Shown: one piece after another, positions 56,977 to 64,000 of the stretch
Numbering within the stretch: position 1 is the first letter of the stretch
Layout of the letters: every line of letters begins with the position of its first letter
NCBI RefSeq assembly: GCF_009914755.1
Contig: NC_060948.1
DNA from: the human T2T-CHM13v2.0 reference genome, Homo sapiens
Length of the DNA: 64,000 nucleotides
Strand: one strand, 5' to 3'
Translations under genes and position numbers: made by a program
The notes under the pieces: model-generated
Seen by the model: only the letters and a program-made list of their open reading frames with translations
The model's database searches: none
Told to the model about the DNA's origin: nothing

Positions 56977-59900
56977 TGGAGTGTTATGGAACGGACTCAA
57001 AAGGAATTGAATGTAATAGAATGGAGTGGAGTGGACTCGAATATAATGGACTGGAATGGAATGAAATCACATGGAATGGGAACGAATGGAATGGAATGGA
57101 AAAGAATGGAATCGAATGGAAAGGAATCGAATGGAAGGGAATGAAATTGAATCAACAGGAATGGAAGGGAATAGAATAGATGGTAATGGAATGGACTCGA
57201 ATAGAATGGACACGAATGCTCAAATTGAATGGACTCGAATGGAATGGAAACGAAAGGAATGTCATCGAATGGAATTGAATCGATTGGAATGAAATCGCAT
57301 AGAATGGAGTGGAATCAAATGGAATTGAATCGAAAGGAAAGGAAGCGAATGGACTGAAATGAAATGGAATGGAATTGAATGGAAAGTAATGCAATGGAAT
57401 AGAATGGAACGAAATTTCACGGAATGGAATCAAACTGAATGGAATCAAATCAATGGAATCTAATCAAAGGAATGGAAAGGAATTGAATGGAGTAGATTGG
57501 ATTGGATGGGATTGGAATGAAATGTACTGGAAAGGACTCGAATTTCATGAAACGGAATGGAATGAATTGGAACGGAATGGACTCGAATGGAATGGAATGT
57601 CATGGAATGGCATCAAATGGAATGGCATCAAATGGAATGGAATCGAATGTAATGGAATGCTATGGAATGGAATGGAATGCATTGGAATGGAATGTCCTCT
57701 AATGGAATGGATTCGAGTGGAATGGAATCGAATATAATGGAGTCGAATGAAATGGAATTGAAAGGAATGGGATCGAATTCAATGGAATATACTGCAATGT
57801 AATGTAATGAACTCTAATGTAATTGACTGGAATGGAATGTACATGAATGGAATGTAATCGAATGGAAAGTAATCCAATGGAATAGAATCTAATGCAATAA
57901 AATCGACTCAGATAGAGTAGAATGTAATGGAATGGAGTGCAGTGCAATGGAATGGAATGGAATGGAATGCAATGGAATGGAATGGAATGGAATGGAATGG
58001 AATGGAATGGAATGGAATGGGATGGAATGGTATGGAATGGATAGTAATGGACTGGAGTGAAATGGACTGGAAAGGAATGGACTCAAATTGAAAGGGCTCG
58101 AAAGGAATGCAGTCAAATGCAATGGTCTGGAATGGAATGAAGACGAATGTATTGCAATCCAATAGAATGGAATCGAATGGCATGGAATATAAAGAAATGG
58201 AATCGAAGAGAATGGAAACAAATGGAATGGAATTGAATGGAATGGAATTGAATAGAATGGGAACGAATGGAATGAAATTGTATGCAGTAGAAGAGAATAG
58301 AATGGAATGCAAGCGAAAGGAAAGGAATGGATTGGAATGGAATGGAATTCATTGGAATGCAAGGGAATGTAGTGTAATGGACAGGCCTGGAATAAAGTGG
58401 AATGCTACGGTCTCGAATGGAATAAAAATGTATGGAATGGAATGCAATGAAACGGAATCGAATGTCATAGAATGTAATGGAATGTAAAAAAATGGAATCC
58501 AAAATCATTGACTGGAAAGGCTGGGTGTCGAAAGGAATTGACTCCAATGGAATGGAATCAAATGGAATGGAAGTGAATAGAATCGAACTAAATCGAATGG
58601 AATGGAATTGATAGGAACGGAATGGAAAGGAATGCAATGATTTGGCATGGAATGGAATCGAATGGCATCGAATGGAATGGAATGTAATGCAATGGAATGG
58701 AATGTATTAGAATGTAATGAACTTTAATGGAATGTACTCGAATGGATTCGCCTGGAATGGAATGTTCTGGAAGTGAATGGACTCCAATGGAATGGATTCA
58801 AAAGGAATGGAATCGTACGGAATGGAATCTAATGGAATGGAATTAAATGGAAATGAATCAAATTGAATAGCACGGAATTGAATTGAATGGAATGGAATGC
58901 AATGGAATCTAATGAAACGGAAAGGAAAGGAATGGAATGGAATGGAATGGGCTGGAATGGAAAGGAATCGAAACGAATGGAATGGAATCGAACTGAAGAG
59001 ACTGGAATGGAATGCACTGGAATGGAAGGGAGTGTAATGGAAGGTTCTCGAAAAAAATGGAATCGAATGGAATGGAATTGAATGGAACGGAATAGAGTCG
59101 AATGGAATTGAATGGAATGGAATGGACTAGAGTGAAATGGAATCGAACCACAAGGAATGGACAGGAATAGAATGGTCTCGAATTGAATGGAATCGTATGG
59201 AATGGCATCAAACGGAATGGAATGGACAGCCACGGAATGGAATGCACTCGAATGCAATGGAGTCGAAACTAATGGACTGGAATAGAATGGACTCGACTGG
59301 TACGGACTCCAATGGAATGGAATCGAATGGAAGGGAATCGAACGGAATGGACTCGAAGGGAAAAGACTGCAATGGAAAGGTCTCGAATGGAATGGAAATT
59401 AATGGAATGGAATGGAATCGAATGAAAAGGAGTCAAAAGGAATGGAATCGAATGGCAAGAAATCGAATGTAATGGAATCGCAAGGAATTGATGTGAACGG
59501 AACGGAATGGAATGGAATCCAAAGGAATGGAATAGAATGGAATGGAATCGAATGGAAAGGACTCGAATGGAAATCACTCGAATAGAATGCAATTTAATAA
59601 AATAGGATCAAATGTAATGGAATGGAATGGAAAGGAATCGAAACGAAAGGAATGGAGACAGATGGAATGGAATGGAACAGAGAGCAATGGTATAGAATGG
59701 AATGGAATCATCTGGAATGGAATTGAATGGAATGGAATAATATGAAATGGAATGGAATGGAATGGAATGGAATGCCCTTGAATTAAATGGACTGGAATGG
59801 AATGGACTCGAACAGAGTGGAATGGAAAGTGTTGAGATAGAATGGAATGGACTCCTTTGGAATGGTGTAGTATGCAATGCAATCGACTGGCAGGGAATCA

Positions 59901-60529
59901 AAAGGAATGTAATGGAATGGATTGGACTGGAATGCAATGGACTCGAATAGATTGGAAACGGAATGCAAAGGAATGGAATGGAATAGTATGGAATGGAATG
60001 GAAAGGAATGGAGTGGAATAGACTAGAGTGGAATGGAATGGACTGGAAAGCAATGGACTGGAATGGAACTTTCTTGAATGGACTGGAATCAAACGGAATG
60101 GAATGCAATGCAATCAAATGGCATGGAATAAAATAGAATGAAAGAGAATCAAATGGAATTGAATCGAATGGAATCGAATGGATTGGAAAGGAATAGAATG
60201 GAATGGAATGGAATGGACTAGAATGGAATGGATTCGAATGGAAGGCAAAGGAATGGAATCTATTGGAATGGACTGTAATGGAATGGAATGGAAGGGATTG
60301 GAATGGACTCGAATGGAATGGACTGCAATAGAAAGGATTCGAATGGAATGAAAAAGAATTGAATGGAATAGAACAGAATGGAATCAAATCGAATGAAATG
60401 GAATGGAATAGAAAGGAATGGAATGAAATGGAATGGAAAGGATTCGAATGGAATGCAATCGAATGGAATGGAATCGAACGGAATGGAATAAAATGGAAGA
60501 AAACTGGCAAGAAATGGAATCGAAATGAA
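56977..60529 (+). repeat. DYZ1 unit 17 (3553 bp; subtype A)
   Basis: Landmark spacing 56976->60529. A markers plus the 15-bp deletion shared with unit 14. Confidence 0.9.
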
Positions 60530-63500
60530 TGGAGTGTTATGGAACGGACTCAAAAGGAATTGAATGTAATAGAATGGAGTGGAGTGGACTCGAATATAAT
60601 GGACTGGAATGGAATGAAATCACATGGAATGGGAACGAATGGAATGGAATGGAAAAGAATGGAATCGAATGGAAAGGAATCGAATGGAAGGGAATGAAAT
60701 TGAATCAACAGGAATGGAAGGGAATAGAATAGATGGTAATGGAATGGACTCGAATAGAATGGACACGAATGCTCAAATTGAATGGACTCGAATGGAATGG
60801 AAACGAAAGGAATGTCATCGAATGGAATTGAATCGATTGGAATGAAATCGCATAGAATGGAGTGGAATCAAATGGAATTGAATCGAAAGGAAAGGAAGCG
60901 AATGGACTGAAATGAAATGGAATGGAATTGAATGCAAAGTAATGCAATGGAATAGAATGGAACGAAATTTCATGGAATGGAATCAAACTGAACGGAATCA
61001 AATCAATGGAATCAAATTAAATGGAATGGAAAGGAATTGAATGGAGTAGATTGGATTGGATGAGATTGGAATGAAATGAACTGGAAAGGACTCGAATTTC
61101 ATGAAACGGAATGGAATGAATTAGAATGGAATGGACTCGAATGGAATGGAATGTCATGGAATGGCATCAAATGGAATGGAATCGAATGCAATGGAATGCT
61201 ACGGAATGGAATGGAATGCATTGGAATGGAATGTCCTCTAATGGAATGGATTCGAGTGGAATGGAATCGAATATAATGGAGTCGAATGAAATGGAATTGA
61301 AAGGAATGGGATCGAACACAATGGAATATACTGGAATGTAATGTAATGAACTCGAATGTAATTGACTGGAATGGAATGTACATGAATGGAATGTAATCGA
61401 ATGGAAAGTAATCCAATGGAATAGAATCTAATGCAATAAAATCGACTCAGATAGAGTAGAATGTAATGGAATGGAGTGCAGTGCAATGGAATGGAATGGA
61501 ATGGAATGGAATGCAATGGAATGGAATGGAATGGAATGGAATGTGATGGGATGGAATGGTATGGAATGGATAGTAATGGACTGGAGTGAAATGGACTGGA
61601 AAGGAATGGACTCAAATTGAAAGGGCTCGAAAGGAATGGAGTCAAATGGAATGGTCTGGAATGGAATGAACACGAATGTAATGCAATCCAATAGAATGGA
61701 ATCGAATGGCATGGAATATAAAGAAATGGAATCGAAGAGAATGGAAACAAATGGAATGGAATTGAATGGAATGGAATTGAATGGAATGGGAACGAATGGA
61801 GTGAAATTGTATGCAGTAGAAGGGAATAGAATGGAATGCAAGCGAAAGGAAAGGAATGGATTGGAATGGAATGGAATTCATTGGAATGGAAGGGAATGTA
61901 GTGTAATGGACAGGCCTGGAATAAAGTGGAATGCTACGGTCTCGAATGGAATAAAAATGTATGGAATGGAATGCAATGAAACGGAATCGAATGTCATAGA
62001 ATGTAATGGAATGCAAAAAAATGGAATCCAAAATCATTGACTGGAAAGGCTGGGTGTCGAAAGGAATTGACTCCAATGGAATGGAATCGAATGGAATGGA
62101 AGTGAATAGAATCGAACTAAATCGAATGGAATGGAATTGATAGGAACGGAATGGAAAGGAATGCAATGATTTGGCATGGAATGGAATCGAATGGCATCGA
62201 ATGGAATGGAATGGAATGCAATGGAATGGAATGTATTAGAATGTAATGAACTTTAATGGAATGTACTCGAATGGATTCGACTGGAATGGAATGTTGTGGA
62301 AGTGAATGGACTCCAATGGAATGGATTCAAAAGGAATGGAATCGTACGGAATGGAATCTAATGGAATGGAATTAAATGGAAATGAATCAAATTGAATAGC
62401 ACGGAATTGAATTGAATGGAATGGAATGCAATGGAATCTAATGAAACGGAAAGGAAAGGAATGGAATGGAATGGAATGGGCTGGAATGGAAAGGAATCGA
62501 AACGAATGGAATGGAATCGAACTGAAGAGACTGGAATGGAATGCACTGGAATGGAAGGGAGTGTAATGGAAGGTTCTCGAAAGAAATGGAATCGAATGGA
62601 ATGGAATTGAATGGAACGGAATAGAGTCGAATGGAATTGAATGGAATGGAATGGACTAGAGTGAAATGGAATCGAACCACAAGGAATGGACAGGAATAGA
62701 ATGGTCTCGAATTGAATGGAATCGTATGGAATGGCATCAAACGGAATGGAATGGACAGCCACGGAATGGAATGCACTCGAATGCAATGGAGTCGAAACTA
62801 ATGGACTGGAATAGAATGGACTCGACTGGTACGGACTCCAATGGAATGGAATCGAATGGAAGGGAATCGAACGGAATGGACTCGAAGGGAAAAGACTGCA
62901 ATGGAAAGGTCTCGAATGGAATGGAAATTAATGGAATGGAATGGAATCGAATGAAAAGGAGTCAAAAGGAATGGAATCGAATGGCAAGAAATCGAATGTA
63001 ATGGAATCGCAAGGAATTGATGTGAACGGAACGGAATGGAATGGAATCCAAAGGAATGGAATAGAATGGAATGGAATCGAATGGAAAGGACTCGAATGGA
63101 AATCACTCGAATAGAATGCAATTTAATAAAATAGGATCAAATGTAATGGAATGGAATGGAAAGGAATCGAAACGAAAGGAATGGAGACAGATGGAATGGA
63201 ATGGAACAGAGAGCAATGGTATAGAATGGAATGGAATCATCTGGAATGGAATTGAATGGAATGGAATAATATGAAATGGAATGGAATGGAATGGAATGGA
63301 ATGCCCTTGAATTAAATGGACTGGAATGGAATGGACTCGAACAGAGTGGAATGGAAAGTGTTGAGATAGAATGGAATGGACTCCTTTGGAATGGTGTAGT
63401 ATGCAATGCAATCGACTGGCAGGGAATCAAAAGGAATGTAATGGAATGGATTGGACTGGAATGCAATGGACTCGAATAGATTGGAAACGGAATGCAAAGG

Positions 63501-64000
63501 AATGGAATGGAATAGTATGGAATGGAATGGAAAGGAATGGAGTGGAATAGACTAGAGTGGAATGGAATGGACTGGAAAGCAATGGACTGGAATGGAACTT
63601 TCTTGAATGGACTGGAATCAAACGGAATGGAATGCAATGCAATCAAATGGCATGGAATAAAATAGAATGAAAGAGAATCAAATGGAATTGAATCGAATGG
63701 AATCGAATGGATTGGAAAGGAATAGAATGGAATGGAATGGAATGGACTAGAATGGAATGGATTCGAATGGAAGGCAAAGGAATGGAATCTATTGGAATGG
63801 ACTGTAATGGAATGGAATGGAAGGGATTGGAATGGACTCGAATGGAATGGACTGCAATAGAAAGGATTCGAATGGAATGAAAAAGAATTGAATGGAATAG
63901 AACAGAATGGAATCAAATCGAATGAAATGGAATGGAATAGAAAGGAATGGAATGAAATGGAATGGAAAGGATTCGAATGGAATGCAATCGAATGGAATGG
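60530..64000 (+). repeat. DYZ1 unit 18 (nearly complete, truncated by the window end)
   Basis: Landmark at 60530 and all later landmarks in order. Contains a divergent patch at ~60930-61560. Confidence 0.9.

Larger units (their letters stand above)
1..64000 (+). repeat. DYZ1: Human satellite III (HSat3) array, DYZ1 family (Yq12 heterochromatin); ~18 tandem ~3.56 kb units built from degenerate GGAAT pentamers
   Basis: Seen: continuous GGAAT/CGAAT/TGAAT/CAAAT pentamers. Unique landmarks (ACAGGCCTGG, CTGGGTGTCG, ACAGCCACGG, AATGCCCTTG) recur every 3539-3578 bp. Known: DYZ1 is a ~3.56 kb pentamer-based unit released as a ~3.4-3.6 kb HaeIII/EcoRI fragment. Y1.1/Y1.2 primer sequences (recalled from memory) match. 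Confidence 0.96.

Noticed and set aside
1-64000. CRISPR-like or other repeat-spacer system
   Set aside because: There are no unique spacers. All intervening sequence is degenerate pentamer repeated in every unit, and there are no cas-like ORFs.
1-64000. Inversion, DYZ2/Alu/L1 insertion or non-satellite island
   Set aside because: The + strand is GGAAT-oriented throughout, landmarks stay in order, and unit lengths leave no room for an insert.
1-64000. Assignment to HSat2 or autosomal HSat3 (e.g. chr9)
   Set aside because: The sequence lacks the HSat2 CATTCGATTC-type pattern with frequent ATCATC motifs. The 3.56 kb period and DYZ1 primer sites point to Yq12.

Overview
The whole 64 kb window is one uninterrupted, single-orientation array of human satellite III, reading (GGAAT)n on + and (CATTC)n on -. 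It is organised as about 18 tandem copies of a ~3.54-3.58 kb unit. The unit length, the one conserved HaeIII/StuI site and one conserved EcoRI site per unit, and the recalled Y1.1/Y1.2 sexing-primer sites identify it as DYZ1, the HSat3 of human Yq12 heterochromatin. There are no genes, RNA genes, mobile elements, DYZ2/Alu blocks or inversions. All ORFs in the track are translations of the pentamer (MEWNG / FHSIP repeats). I found no new coding system. The notable structure lies in the repeat itself: (i) three perfect, in-register heat-shock elements per unit; (ii) a nascent ~7.1 kb A-B dimeric higher-order repeat at ~39.7-56 kb that ends in a recombinant unit; (iii) a divergent ~0.65 kb patch in the last unit; (iv) a sub-family transition after units 1-3; (v) mosaic sharing of variants between non-adjacent units; and (vi) length variation almost entirely in multiples of 5 or 15 bp, with four fixed register shifts per unit. 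All comparisons were made by eye, so breakpoints are approximate.
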